Shown here piece after piece: positions 30,807 to 44,637 of a DNA stretch of 64,000 nucleotides. Source of the DNA: Eledone cirrhosa (lineage: Eukaryota); contig OZ024742.1 in the NCBI GenBank assembly GCA_964016885.1, forward strand, positions 60,078,001 through 60,142,000, given 5' to 3'. The stretch's first letter is position 1. Each line of letters starts with the position of its first letter. A program made the translations under genes and the position numbers. The notes beneath the pieces were generated by a model. That model saw only the letters and a list, made by a program, of their open reading frames with translations, was not told the DNA's origin and searched no databases.

Positions 30807-31187
30807 AAAATAATAAAAACAATAATGATAGTAATAATAATAACAATAACGACAGCAATAACATATTTCTAATAATCTCTTCCTTCAAAAAATAATCTAA
30901 AAAAAAATAAATTCCAAAATGTTTCTCTTCAATTCTATCGTATGTCGTATCGTATCTAATAATATCAGTAACTGCAATCATTACTCATTGTTTTGGGGAT
31001 CTGAGAGCAAGGTACAGTTGATAACAACTGGGCGGAAATACGGTTTCTAGAAAGTTCATTGTTTCTTTATTCTGTAAATATCTATCATTATGTTGTTCAC
31101 TTGTCCATGTATTCACTACCATTATAATATGGAACCGGCTGCGTATATATATACATATATAACTTTTATATGTTATGCGACGTGCTG

Positions 31188-31263
<76 letters not shown>

Positions 31264-31430
31264 GGCTTAAAAATAATAATAAGAAGAAGAAGAAAGCAAG
31301 AACGGGGGGGGGGAGTTTTCCTCGTCAGTTGTCTGCTGGGGTCTCATATCCAAGATCCCAGCAGACAACTAACGAGGATCCCCCCCCCCCGTTCTTGCTT
31401 TCTTTTTATTCTTATTCTTATTTTTAAACC
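31264..31430. repeat. Imperfect fold-back, ~165 bp
   Basis: aagaaagcaagaacggggggggg...cctcgtcagttgtctgctggg / cccagcagacaactaacgagg...cccccccgttcttgctttctt. Confidence 0.8.
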
Positions 31431-32197
31431 GCTACAGCTTAACTACCAGCTACACAGCTAATCCTATTCTCTCTCTCTCTATATATATATGTTTGTGCGC
31501 ACGTGTGTGTGTGTGCTTGTGTGTGTGTGTGCTTGTGTGTGTGTGTGCTTGTGTGTGTGTGTGTGTGTATGTTATGGTGCTGTTCTGTTTAGGATAGATA
31601 CATTGTATGTCATAAGAAGCGTCTGAAAGGGTGGATGCCACAACCAGCATCTATGTAAATCATTGTCCCGAAATGCCACCCATAATGAGTATGAAACTCT
31701 TCATGGCATTTGCAAAACTAATCCCTTCTTCTGTTTGTGAAAATGGACTTCAACCACGGTGAATATATGGCTGCGATATACATTTAATACGCTAAACCCG
31801 GTTGCGAAAGATAATCCCTTTAATATACACAATGGAAAGAGCATAGAAATATATATAAAACGAGTATATGCTATGGAAAGAGCTCTATGGATACGTATTT
31901 AACTGCTGTACACTACGTAATGAAATCATAGTATATATACATATATATCAGGAAGACTGTGCGATGCTCTCTACATTTGAATGGTATTTTAATAAAGCAG
32001 TGGAAAGATTCAAATATTTCGAGGCTGTGTTGTGGGATGATGGCAGATAGGAAACTGATTTAAGTGCAACAATTGCAGGAAATGGGGCAATAATGCTCCA
32101 GCTACACCAATCGATATGGGTGTCGTAGGTGTACAATTTAAACTCACCAGCTTCAGTTCGGTATTCGTTCCAACCTTTACACATGGCCATTAACATA

Positions 32198-32228
<31 letters not shown>

Positions 32229-33040
32229 AAGACCATATTTTACATTTTAACGGTTAATGTATAATTAAAGATATGTGAATCACGTATATTAATCTAAAGA
32301 TAGAATTGATATTAACATATTGCTAGGATCACGTAATGTAAAATATTAATATGTACTTGTGAACAAAAATAGAAAATTATTGAAATGTATTGATCTCATA
32401 CTTGTTTCTAAGGAACTTATGTAACTGGAAAATCACGTTGAATTAAACATAAATGGATCTCCAATACATTCATGGTGGAAAAGCTAAAGTTCTAAGATCA
32501 ACAGAATGGCTGACTCTTTAAATTAACGCACATGTGGCTAAGTGTTACATGGGACATGACTATAGTTAACATAATTCTCAATGACATTCAGCGGGAGATA
32601 TTTTGCTGTGAGGCTTATCCTTGAATTACACTAAATATCAAGAATTGTTGTGCCTCTAATTGGATGAGTATTCCACGGACATATGTATACCATTAACATT
32701 TTTCTTCGGGATATTCATCCTAGCACAGTCTCTGACAATGATGCCCATTTGAATTATAACTACAATTCCTCCGAATGACTACGAAATAGATTTCGTTTAC
32801 ATAGCTTTACTTCATTCTGAGGCTATGACGAAGACAAATATCCCAAATACCACGTAGTGAATTAGAACCCCAAACCGCATCATTGTAAAGCGAATTTCCT
32901 AATTTTAATTACCATCATGTCAGAAACATTTGTTTATTGATTTTGGAAGGTTGATGATTAGGAGGATGGGGAGGAGTTTCGCATATGAACCAATATACAA
33001 GGATATGTAGTAAGATATAAACCATACCTAAAATGTTCTT

Positions 33041-33612
33041 GTGAATTGGCAGTATCGGTAAAGGGTCGGACATGCTTTCCAGCGTAGTTACGTCCCTTTA
33101 CGATCTGAGTTCAAATCTCGCTGAGGTTGACTTTGCCTTTCATCCTTATGGGGTCGATAAAATAAAGTACCAGTAATGCACTGGGTAATTGCTAGCCTTG
33201 TGCCAAAAAGTAGAAACAATTATTGTATGGTAGAGGGCCGGACGCCATGCTTTGCAGCATAGAGTTACGGCCTTTTAGGATCTGAGTTCAAATCCCGCCG
33301 AGGTTAACTTTGCCTTTCGGGGGTCGATAAAATAAAGTACCAGTCACGCACTGGGGTCGATTTAATTGACTTTCCTCTCCCCCAAAATAGATGGCCTTGT
33401 GCCTATATAAGAAACCATTATTGTATGGATTGGCAGTATCGGTAGAGGGTCTGACGCTATGCTTTGCAGCAAAGAGTTATGGCCCTTTATGGTCTGAGTT
33501 CAAATCCCTCGGAGGTTAAGTTTGCTTTTCATCCTTACGGAGTCGATAAAATAAAGTACCAGTAATGTACTGGATAATTGCTGGCCTTGTGACAAAAGTA
33601 GAAACAATTATT
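33041..33612 (+). mobile_element. Three head-to-tail SINE copies
   Basis: Copies at ~33041-33218, ~33229-33416 and ~33428-33606, each followed by attattgtatgg. Confidence 0.9.
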
Positions 33613-34559
33613 GTATGGAATATCTAGAGGGGGTTATTGCAACTGATTCGACTCCATTGAAGACAGGAGTTACTGCTGTTTTAGGAATCAATGCATTAAA
33701 AACCCCTCCCATTAACAGGCACAGTTTTTCCTACAGATTCGTTCAAACCCTTGCCTAGACCCAAAGCTAATTTGACACAGTTTTCCAATTTACCGCAAAG
33801 GTGGATCAAACCAAGAACCTGGCAATTGCCGACGCGCACAGTGCCTATATAGCATTATCCGTATCCTAAATGCAAGTCTTTACACGTGGAAACAGATTTG
33901 ATGAATGTTCAGAAAACAACAACACCGATTATGAAAATAATTCGACCTGTCAATTTATTGATATGTGAACGCTTCATTTTGAGATATACATTTTTTTTCA
34001 CATATACATTCCAAATTTCAAAGTACATTATATATATTATTTGCAGAAAGATATCATTATGAATAGAAACATAAGGCATTATCCCATTTTATATAGTCTG
34101 TGATCTATTCAACTCGAGACTTTTTATATTATACAAATGAGTTTATTGGATGTTATATCGAGTCCAGTAACGTTGGCTGTTCTTAATCTTAGATCACCTT
34201 TTATATCAATTAGTAATACTTCATCTCTAAACCAAATGAGACTGTATTCTCTTTAAGCAATATTTTACATTGTTGGTATCATATAAACAAATGAAATTCA
34301 GCAGACACCTAATGATTAGGACTCTTCTACAACGACAGAAAGGGCTGTCCACGTAGGCTATTATTCGACAATGCTGTCTTCGGGTAGATCAAATCAATAT
34401 TTCAAAGCCATAGATAGGGATGTCTACACTATTATATCATTTCAGTATAGTGTCACTGATTAGGTCATATCCAACGCGGTGTCGATCTAAACATTTTTCA
34501 TAGGCTTCATGTGAATTCCGAACAATTTGACATATTCTCTGATGGTTCTCTCATTGAAC

Positions 34560-35100
34560 TGTATATATTGATTTTCATAATGTATAAATACTATTCCTTT
34601 CATGAAATATATATATTTTCTTTTCAACTTTGCATGTAACATCCTTCCTATTAACAGGTGGAATAATGTCAATTAATAGGAAAATATTATTAGTGTTAGT
34701 GGGCCTCAGAGCACCAGTTGTGTATTGACATATTTCTTTGAGAAGGTGTTTCAAATATTTTGTATGTGAAAGCCTAACATACGTTTTGAATTTAGGTAGC
34801 ATAGCACCAATATTTCATCCCAAGTTTTTAGCAAATTCTACCTCATTGGGAAATGATTATAGGATATTCTGTAGACTCAATGTTTTTCTTGTATCTCTCA
34901 AGGGTTTCCTAAATGTCAGAATACGCTCCGTGTACAAAACACTGAGATATTTGGGAATACACCTCTGTGGAATACGGGAAAACAATCCCGCTAACAAGGA
35001 AGCCTCGGCACGGCCGACTGTCCTGCAAGAAGTTGCAGACAATTCCTTATCAAATACCACCCTACGTTATATTGGCAAGTTGGATAAGCGCTGAGGTGAA
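34560..35100 (-). pseudogene. Old LINE RT C-terminal remnant (Ingi/Vingi-like)
   Basis: PKYLSVLYTERILTFRKPL (cf. PKYLGVTLDRTLTF) and TGALRPTNTNNIFLLIDIIPP. Confidence 0.6.
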
Positions 35101-37168
35101 GCGACATGACAACAACCATCTCCTAATGCTTACGAGTATACATGGACGCTTAATATTCTAGAACTATCTAGAAAACTAGAAACTTGATCAATTTTGCGAT
35201 TTGGAGTTACAAATTAGCGAAACAAAAAACAGAACATTAACTAGAATTGATTCAAAGAATACACACATGAACATGTAAAAGAACGCACCGAGTTATATAA
35301 CATATATGTAACCCAATGTTTGAGATTGATTTATTGTAAGAGACAGACTTTAGACGTGAATTCGATTATGAGACCGGACGAAGTGTTGTGCCCTTGAGCA
35401 AAGTGCTTCATTTCATGCTGCTTTTCTCTATAGGAGTGTGGTCACTAAATTTAAAACACAAGAAACCTATGCGATTCTACTTCGTAGTAGGATAGCCACA
35501 TATTTTCAAGCTTTAAATTGCATTTATGTCGCAATTGCTCATTAAGAAGAAACCCCAACGTAGCTTCCTCAATCCCTCCCCATTTTAAACATTAATGAAG
35601 TACCTTCTTCGCCCAAACACCATATCAACAAGACACATGTTTCGATAATTATATATAATTTCAATAATTGTATAGACAATTGTCACCCCCATTTCAACCC
35701 CATGTTTCCTAAATTCCTATTCAAATTTGAATTTTCCTCCAATAAATTCTTTCACACAAGTACCATATTAATAGAACTAAATTTTCAAATTTCAATTATT
35801 ATTTGCAAAATCTATTCGACGAGCTTTGGAACAGTTTTCGTCTATCTAATATTATTCACAAGGCTTGAATCGAGCCTAGTATAAGGTAAAGTCAATATGT
35901 CACGTAATGGAATCGAACCGATGAGTTCATGATTGAGAACGTCTCCACCACTAAAACATGCCTGGCTCCACAACATTACATTATTACTGCATTGAAAAGA
36001 AAGAGTTTGTTCAGACACAAGAAATATTAGCTGGATCATGGAAAAAAATTTGTTTAGCGTTTGTTTTGAAGTATTTAACAATGCTCTATTATATGTTCGT
36101 TACGGTGTAATTTCCGATAAAATAGATGTGTGTATGAAAGTGAAAGTATAAAACCATGTGAAGAACTGGTAAAATTGGACTCATTAATCTTTAGCTTGTA
36201 ACGGCAGAACAGCAGCTTTGATCTAATAGGTATAACATATTGATGGAGTCCAAATTAAGTTTGACAGTGGGCAGTAAGTAGGTATCTCTATAGCGCGGCT
36301 GAGATTGAATCTTGAAAGCAGAATTTATCAGCCAACAGGTCAAAATTGAATAAGACAAGAAACATGTTCGGACACGGACAGTGTTGGATATTTATTAACG
36401 AAGTGAAGAAACTGAGAGAAAATGCAGGATATTTTTATATGTATATTTCCTATTTCACTGCAGCTAAATCATGAATAATTTAATTAGGACATGCTGACTT
36501 AGAGGTAACATTACGCAAATTGTTTAGTAGGGAACAGTAATAGAATATATAGAATACTGGTCTTTTAGTCACATTCTATACATTTCATTCTAGGAAGGAT
36601 GTCGTTTGTTATATCGTTACATTTACTACACTAGGTGATTGAATAAATGTAGTTTTGACAAAGTTTACAACTACGCTTTTTTCTAACTAGTACATAAACC
36701 ATTGTTTTATGGAGGGAATAACTAATATTCTGTTTCTTCCCCAAACGTTAACAAAAGTACGTTTGTGGTTTATATATATAAAGAGAGAGACAAAGAAATA
36801 GATATCATTGTTAACAGAGAATGCTTCTTTCTGTCAATAATGAAACCATTTTAGAATATTTCCCTAACGCGTTCTCTTTCTTTGTGGTTCATGAATTCTA
36901 AAGAAACATTTTCGAAGGGTTGGACAGATCGTAGCATTTGTGTTACAGGGTACAAAAAAGTTTTAAAGTTATTATGATATAGGCTATAGTTTCTGGACTT
37001 GAATATATTCATGGTATTAATGGTACAATTATTAAGAGTAGAAAAATACCTGTTGCTACTGAGCTCATACTTTTATCTTCTATCAAATTCCGCCAAAGTT
37101 GACGTTACATTTTCTCCTTCTAGGATTGATTAATGAACCTTCCCTTCTTAAGTATTATTATTGGATCC

Positions 37169-37355
37169 AAGGGCGGTGGATTGGCAGTATCAGTAGAGAG
37201 TCGGACGCCATGCTTTCCAGCATAGTTACGTCCCTTTACGGTCTGTGTTCAAATCCCGCCGAGGTTAACTTTGCCTTTCATCCTTACGGGGTCGATAAAA
37301 TAAAGTACCAGTAATGTACTGGGTAATTGCTGGCCTTGTGCCAAAAGTAGAAACA
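37169..37355 (+). mobile_element. Full-length tRNA-derived SINE with 12 bp TSD
   Basis: ATTATTGGATCC at 37157-37168 and 37356-37367; A and B boxes present. Confidence 0.92.
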
Positions 37356-39159
37356 ATTATTGGATCCTCCTTTACTTTCTCCAGTCTTGGAGGCCTTGCG
37401 TAGGTTGAAGGGCACAGCTTTTCTCAATCTCAATATAACGAGCTCATTAATTTCGTGACACATGTTGAAGACTATATAATACAATAACATTATGAGGATT
37501 TTAGCAAGAAAGACTATATAGGCTAAATATCAGGAGTAACCTGTTTCACCCTTTCTACATTTAAGCAGAAAATGCCGTTGGGAATAATCTCCCCATGATT
37601 CGTGACTCTTCTCACGGCACATCACAACTGATTCAAACAGAGAGAGATGAGGAGAGAAAATGCAGACATCTGTTCTTCATAGCACATTATCGACATTTAA
37701 AAGATGAAAATAAACTTTCCCCGACAGAATCTGTCCTTAGAGGGCAGCAAGGCGAAATAAATAACGCAAGAGATTCTATTCGAGACCTTAACTACGTTGT
37801 AAATCCGTTGCCATTTTCCCGGCTAAATAGACTATGAAAATCCAATTGAGTTTGCAGGTTTTAATCAGTATAGCTACATTGAAAGATTAAGCAATTTAAT
37901 ATTTTAGACTAAAATCTTTTGACCGAGTTCGTAGAGCACTGGTCGACAGAAGTGAAATAAAGAAAGTTGTTAAGTGAAATATTAGGAAGATAAGAGGGAG
38001 TGAAATCCTTTAAAAATATAAGCACAGCACTTGGTTTTATATAGTATACTGCTCTTTTATAGCAATGAAAAGCAACGACAAAAAAGTAGATTAATAAATA
38101 TGGGGTACTGGCTTCAGGAAAAGATGAACAATACGAATATGTCTGCCATTTACCTTCATTTTGAATAAAACAAATATTTGTCTATCTTTAGAAATAAAAT
38201 AAAAGAGGAAAATGTTGGAGTGATTCAATGAAATGTGCTTGCAGTATTCCTGTAATCATGCAACTGTGTCATTTATATCCGGTTAAACCTTTTGTCTGCT
38301 CGAAAAGAACAGTTAAGTTTGTCTAAATTTTATTCAAGATGTATTGCAATTTACATTGTTAATTTGTATTTGCTGTATTGTTTACATATAGGTTGTTGTT
38401 GATGCTCTTGGTGATGGTGGAATAAAAAAAAGCAATTAAAGAAAAAACACGATAAATATCTTTCACCATATCTGTTTTGAAGCTGAATAAATATTCCCAA
38501 TAAACCAAACAAAAGACCGTATAGATTTTAAATAGGTTTTCTTTTCTTTTTCGTCATTTTTTTCTTCTGAAGTGGAATGGATTTTGTGAGATCATTTGAA
38601 AGGTATATTGTTATCATGTGGCTTTCTTCGATATAGATCTTTGTATATAATATGTAATAGAAATCTGAATATACCTACACATGTACAAATATAAGTATAT
38701 ATATACATGTATATACAAATATATATATATGTATATATGTAATGAAATGACAGGAGGCTGGATTTGTGTAAATCCTTGAAAGGTTTATTATACTATGATC
38801 ATTTCAATGACCGGGTTCCGTATGAATCCGGTGATATCATCAGGTATTCGAAATATAATACGTGAATGTAATAGGTAAAATCCATGGGGCTGAAAATCGA
38901 GACCCGAGGGCGACCGCTATTCTGTTCCTTCAACCTCAGCCGGTTCGAACTTTGGCTACCCGGTGTTTTCGCCTGGCCCTTTGCTACTCCCCTCACAGAA
39001 TATCCGAACTTCGACGAAACTCCACGGACTGGACCATAACATGTATTGTACTGCACTGAATTAACTAAATGGCTACCCTATACTTCTGGGCATGTATAAC
39101 TCACACTGAACTCCCAGACTCGAACACACACTGTTTCCACATCTATATGCATTATCTGA

Positions 39160-39865
39160 CTGCAACTTGAACTATATTGTATTTCTCCTGTGTCTTGAAC
39201 TCTCCATTTAATAGACAACGACTCTTGTTTGTTTATTTATATCTTTACATCTTTATTTGCTGTATTAATGCTCCTCCACGTATTCTACCTCTATACATCC
39301 ATGTACTTTCTACTTCCCTTATTCGGACTTTTACTCGCGTGTACCCTTAGCACTCGTCACTGGAATATTTCCCCCTGGGAACATAAATACCGCAACCTGA
39401 ACTATATTGTATTTCTCCTGTCTCTTGAACTCTACATTTACTAGACAACGACTATTGTTTGTTTATCTATATCTTCACATCTTTGTTTGCTGTATTAATG
39501 TCTTTCCACGTACTCTACCTCTATACATCAACGTACTTTTTACTCCCCTTATTCGGACTTTTACTCGCGTGCACCCTTAGCACACGACACAGGATTGCCC
39601 CCCCGGGAACATAAATACTGCAACCTGAACTATATTGTAATTCTCCTATGTCCTGATTTCTCCATCTTACTCCAACACCACTCTTGTTGGTTTATTTACA
39701 TGTTTATACCTATATATTGATATGTTTATATATTTATACCTCTGCTGTACCAATGTGCTCTTCCACGTATTCCACTTCTATGTATCCATGTATTTCTACT
39801 CCTCACATTGGGACCTGTACCCATTAGCACACGACACTAGAATGTCTCCTCCTGAGAACAATAAT
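39160..39865. repeat. Three diverged tandem copies of an ~230 bp unit
   Basis: gcaac.tgaactatattgta.ttctcct at ~39162, ~39392 and ~39620. Confidence 0.88.
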
Positions 39866-40101
39866 TAAACATTACACGACTATATCCCGTACTCTACATC
39901 CCACTAGGATAAATTACAGATCTACATAATACAATTAACGTTTCTTCATAAAAGACTATTTAATTAAACCCCGCAACCCAAAACCTCATAGAAGTTATTT
40001 GAATGTTTAATCTTCAATTTTCTGTTTGTTCAATTCTCAATCCTCTTACTCCTTAGTTTTATAATGTTATTCTGAATTCTTTCAACTTCATCCGATAGAG
40101 T

Positions 40102-41122
40102 TAAGCAAAATTATAAAGTTCCAACTTTCTGTCGGACCGTTGGGTGGGTTTTGGCGGCGGCGCGACCAGCTCCCTGGCGAACGGGCTCACCTTGAGTGCT
40201 TGGAAAAATAAATTTCCCCTTCTTTCGGTAAATGAAAATACTCGGCGTGGCTTAATTCGCCATGGGGCCCGGGGCGCGGCCGGTGTTTTAACCGCCAAAT
40301 AGTACCTTTAAATTACAGAACAAATCGGAACTATTATATATATCAACCTGAAACTGTTGAGCTTTAAATTTTCTAACCTCTTTAATATGGAATATTGATT
40401 ATTAATTTATTAATTTTTTAACTTCATCCTATAAGTCTAAACATTGTAACACACTGACCCCCAATATATTCACTTCTGCTAAGATGCGAGTCCCTGTGAA
40501 AATTTTGTCGCGCCACTCCTGGCCCGACTGTGGTGTGACATTAATATCGACCTTCCTTCCTCTCTCTTTCTATCTTCCTTCTTGTAGCTATCAACCATTA
40601 CTCTTTTACTTCTCTAAGCAAAATTTTAAAGTTCCAACTTTCTGTCGGACTGTTGGGTGGGTTTTAATGGCGGCGCGACCGGCTCCCTGGCGAACGAGCT
40701 CACCTGGAGTGCTTGGAAAAATAAATTTCCCCTTCTTTCAGTAAATGAAAATACTCGGCGTGGCTTAGTTCGCCATGGGGCCCGGGGCGCGGCCGGGGTT
40801 TTAACCGCCAAATAGTACCTTTAAATTACAGAATAAATCGGAACTATTATATAATTAAATGTTAAACTGTTGAACTTTAAATTTTCTAACCTCTTTAATA
40901 TTGAATATTGATTATTAATTTTTTTAACTTCATCCTAGAAGTCTAAACACTGTAAAACACTGACTCCCAATATATTCATCTCTGCTAAGATGCGGGTCCC
41001 TGTGAAGATTTTGTCCCGCCACTCCTGGCTTGACTGTGGTCTGACATTAATATCGACCTTTCTTCCTCTTTCTTTCTATCTTCCTTCTTGTAGCCATCAA
41101 CCCTTACTTTTCTACTTCTCTC
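40102..41122. repeat. Two tandem copies of an ~510 bp unit
   Basis: aaagttccaactttctgtcggac at 40115 and 40628; units align to their ends. Confidence 0.9.
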
Positions 41123-41508
41123 TTCCCATCCTTCTCTTCTCCCCTCCCCCTGTCTTCCTCCCGCAGACTTATCTTCCTTCCCCCTCTTGCTTGCCTATAT
41201 CTGACCAGTAGTAGTTGCCTTCCTCATTTAGCTGACATTAACCCTGGCTTCTCTTCTTCTTTCTTTCCCCTTCTTCTCTCTCCTTCCTTTCTTTCTTTCT
41301 TTTACCTTGTGTCAGGGGATCGACGTTAACCTATGCTCCCATCCCTTTCTGTTTTCGTTCATCTGACCGGTAGTAGCATACTGTAAAATTTAGCCACGTC
41401 ACTCCAGGGCGACCGGTTGAGGTTGAAGGAACAGAATAACGGTCGCCCTCGGGTCTCGATTTTCAGCCCCATGGATTTTACCTATTACATTCACGTATTA
41501 TATTTCGA

Positions 41509-41566
41509 ATACCTGATGATATCACCGGATTCATACGGAACCCGGTCATTGAAATGATCATAGTAT
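41509..41566 (+). ncRNA. Type I hammerhead ribozyme (predicted), family D
   Basis: atac CTGATGA t at.accgg...ccggt.at t GAA ATGATCAT A gtat. Confidence 0.78.
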
Positions 41567-42049
41567 AATAAACCTTTCAAGGATTTACACAAATCCAGCC
41601 TCCTGTCATTTCATTATAATATTTAACTCCGTAATAGCACCACCAACTACAAAAACAAAGACGGTTGAACTGCTTTACGTTGAGTACTCTCTATATTATT
41701 GCATTACGATTGACCATACGGAATAGACCAGCTCTATACAGTGGTGAACCTCAAACCTGAATATGTATATATGTATGTAGGTGTATGTATATATATCCGG
41801 TTAAACCTATGTATATGTATGAGTATATATATATATTAAAATGGATCCAATAAAAACCTATTAGACCTTTACTCACTAGTGTACTCAATACTTGTGGTAG
41901 TAGAGTGTGGTAATATGATAGATTCAAGACTCCGACGGCCGAGTTCCTGCCGTTTCAACGGCTAGTTCGGAACTAGCTGCTGAAACGGGAAACCGGAAAT
42001 AGCTTAGCCATCGGCTTCCCAACTCACACATCAATGCTTTTAACCGTGC

Positions 42050-42520
42050 CCATAATCTGTGTGCACAGTTCCTACCTCCCATCTCCTGGGGCCCTCTTGG
42101 CTCCCGTCCATGTTATCACCCTCACTGTAATACATGCCCCTATATCCCCAGCTTCACCATTCTAACAGGTAAGAACAATTCCCTTTGCATTCGCCACCCC
42201 TTCGGTTGCACCTCCACCAACGTCATCTACACCCTTTTGTACTCCCTTTTGTGTGTCCATCTACATCGGATAGACAGGCCGTCATACGGCGGACCGGTTC
42301 ACCGAACACCTTAGGGACATACGGCTATGTAAAGACATTCCTGTCACTAATCACTTCCGTTCCCCCAAACGCTCTACTCAAAACCTCACTGCCCCAAGCT
42401 TCCTTTTACATCACGGATCCACAGCAAATTGCACCAGGACCGAGCAGAACATAATCTTCCACATTGGAAGCTCTTTTCGGTTTGGAAACCCCCGCCACAC
42501 ACACAGTTCTTTTAATCTCC
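42050..42520 (+). pseudogene. Penelope-like (Neptune-type) GIY-YIG endonuclease remnant
   Basis: Manual translation: CNTCPYI...FGCTSTNVIY...CVSIYIG*TGRHTADRFTEHLRDIR...PVTNHF...EQNIIFHIG. Confidence 0.82.
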
Positions 42521-44293
42521 CTTAACCCTTCCTCTCACACGCAAACACACAGACTGAACTCCAGGAACCACTCAAACCACACCTACATTTAAAACATCCG
42601 TATTTCTATACACTCAACACTTGTCTAGTTCTGTACAGACCTAACCATCCACCCTACATTTTCCGATGCGAGAACAGGTATGTGTACCTGCCGACACCCA
42701 CTATCGACCCACTTTCCTTGGCTCTCATCCACGTGTGCTTGCTTCTCTTGCACGTTCGACTGGCATGTTCGTGTGGCACCCAGTGCCGCGGCTGTTTCAT
42801 CGGTGGTGAATGTTTTCTAGCATTTACTCCTTCCTCACCACTTCCCGTCTCCATCCACGCTCATAATGACCCTGCACCTTGCAGCTTAGCCGTTTATGGT
42901 TGTACCACTGCATCGTTGTATGCGAAGTTATGCATTTTCTCTTAGCACCATTTCAGGTAATGAAACATAGCTGCGACTACCTTTTTTTCACTACCCGTTC
43001 CGCTGCTGCTATGTGCGTTTATGCACGTATATGTAGAAATCATATATTTGCTATACACCCTCTTACGCAGCTTGCTACTGTCTCAGCAGACTCCATGTCG
43101 TGCTTCAAGGCCTCAAACATACGAACACACCTTCACTTGAGATGATATAAAACGTCATCTAATTAATAAAAAATTATAGCTTTCCCTCCTCTTTGAGCTA
43201 ACAGATGTCAGTAAAATAGTAAAATTTTCTGAAATTGTGGTTTTATTATTTGCAAATCTAAAAGTAGAATAAGTCGGATAGAATCAAATGACAAAGGACG
43301 ATTATGAAGCACCTCGGTCTCGTGTGAGTTTATATCCCTTCTAGGGAAATTTTTCCATTCATATATTCGGCGTCTATAGATAACGTACAGGGTCAATGAT
43401 GTGCTTAACGAAATTGATATAGCATCAGATAAGGTGTTTATCTTATTTGTTCCGTCTTTCCGCTTTCTAATTTCAAATCAAATTTTGTCCTATATCGCTA
43501 AAACCTTTGCCATTCTTAAAAGTTCCACTGGTATCTTGACTGCATTTAATGAATTACCGCTGTTGTATGCATTCGATTCAGGACTGCGGTTTGAGGATAT
43601 ATTCTTCCTTCCCGAGAGTAGTCACAAAATACACAGCTAGGCTTATAAATGTCACAAATTGTAGTAAGAAATAATGTTTTAGCAATATTCTGATCCTATT
43701 TTGATATTTATAGGTTCATTTCAAGTTAAATTGTTTTGGGTTTCTAGTATTACAGTCTCAATCGACAAGACAACATATTTTATTAAAATGGCTGTGTCGA
43801 AAAGAGGTTGAATTCGTAACTACGTGGTTCCTAGATGTGCCTGGCACATTAGGTAAATGTCTTCTCGTATAGCTTCGGTAGATCAATGTCCTGTGTATTA
43901 TCACAATTTAAAGACTCTACAAAGGTATCGGTCTTTATAGAAATCAGTAGCAAAGAAACGATTAGCTCTCATTGGCAAAATACATATATTATATTTTTAT
44001 ATAAACTGAATTTAGTTGATAATAGCACGTCCCAATTAATTAGTGATTGATTAACATTTAAAAATCTTGGTTACTTCATTCAATGGCAAAAAAAACGAAA
44101 AAGAAAATGGCTTCGGAAAGCTGCACCTGCCTTTCCTTTGATGAAAAGCTTTTCCAAATTAAAATCCATATTAACGCGTAAACAATTTTGATGGACATAT
44201 AGTGATTTTCTTTCATGATTTGACAGCCTTAATTATGTTTTAGATTAGCAAATAAGAAAATGTCGGTATCTATTTAACCCCTCTACCATTTGT

Positions 44294-44371
<78 letters not shown>

Positions 44372-44602
44372 TATTAGATTTTGCAATATACCGTCGTGGA
44401 ATTATAGGTTTTTTAAAATATCAATCAGTAAATACGTCTCTTTTTAATAGCAACAGTGACGAAAGATTATCAGGGTGTCTTGGTGCGTGCACAAAACACA
44501 TGACATGTACCGCTTTGAAAATACCAGTCATTCTGTTTCCCAACTATATTTATAATTATTGCCAACACACACACACACATATATACACACAGACACACAC
44601 AT

Positions 44603-44635
<33 letters not shown>

Positions 44636-44637
<2 letters not shown>

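Larger units (their letters stand above)
38740..41762 (+). mobile_element. Family D: 3 kb non-coding element with ~205 bp inverted arms and 3' tail
   Basis: Arms 38740-38945 and 41411-41616; tail 41617-41762; TA-rich flanks; no recognisable ORF. Confidence 0.85.

Noticed and set aside
37169-37260. tRNA gene
   Set aside because: The A/B boxes belong to a multi-copy SINE head with TSDs; no cloverleaf is evident.
37595-37837. 80 aa ORF or candidate upstream GPCR exon
   Set aside because: No homology recognised and no clear splice donor on the minus strand.
39160-39865. CRISPR-like array
   Set aside because: Whole units are homologous with no unique spacers, and the context is eukaryotic.
38740-41616. 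DNA transposon or MITE interpretation of the inverted repeats
   Set aside because: No transposase; the arms are asymmetric with a tail, contain hammerheads, and the analogous family F flanks a PLE ORF. Not fully excluded for the small inverted repeats without an HHR.
38275-41809. tatatccggttaaacct shared at ~38275 and ~41793 as a TSD of family D
   Set aside because: The left copy is ~450 bp outside the element boundary, so it does not flank the element.
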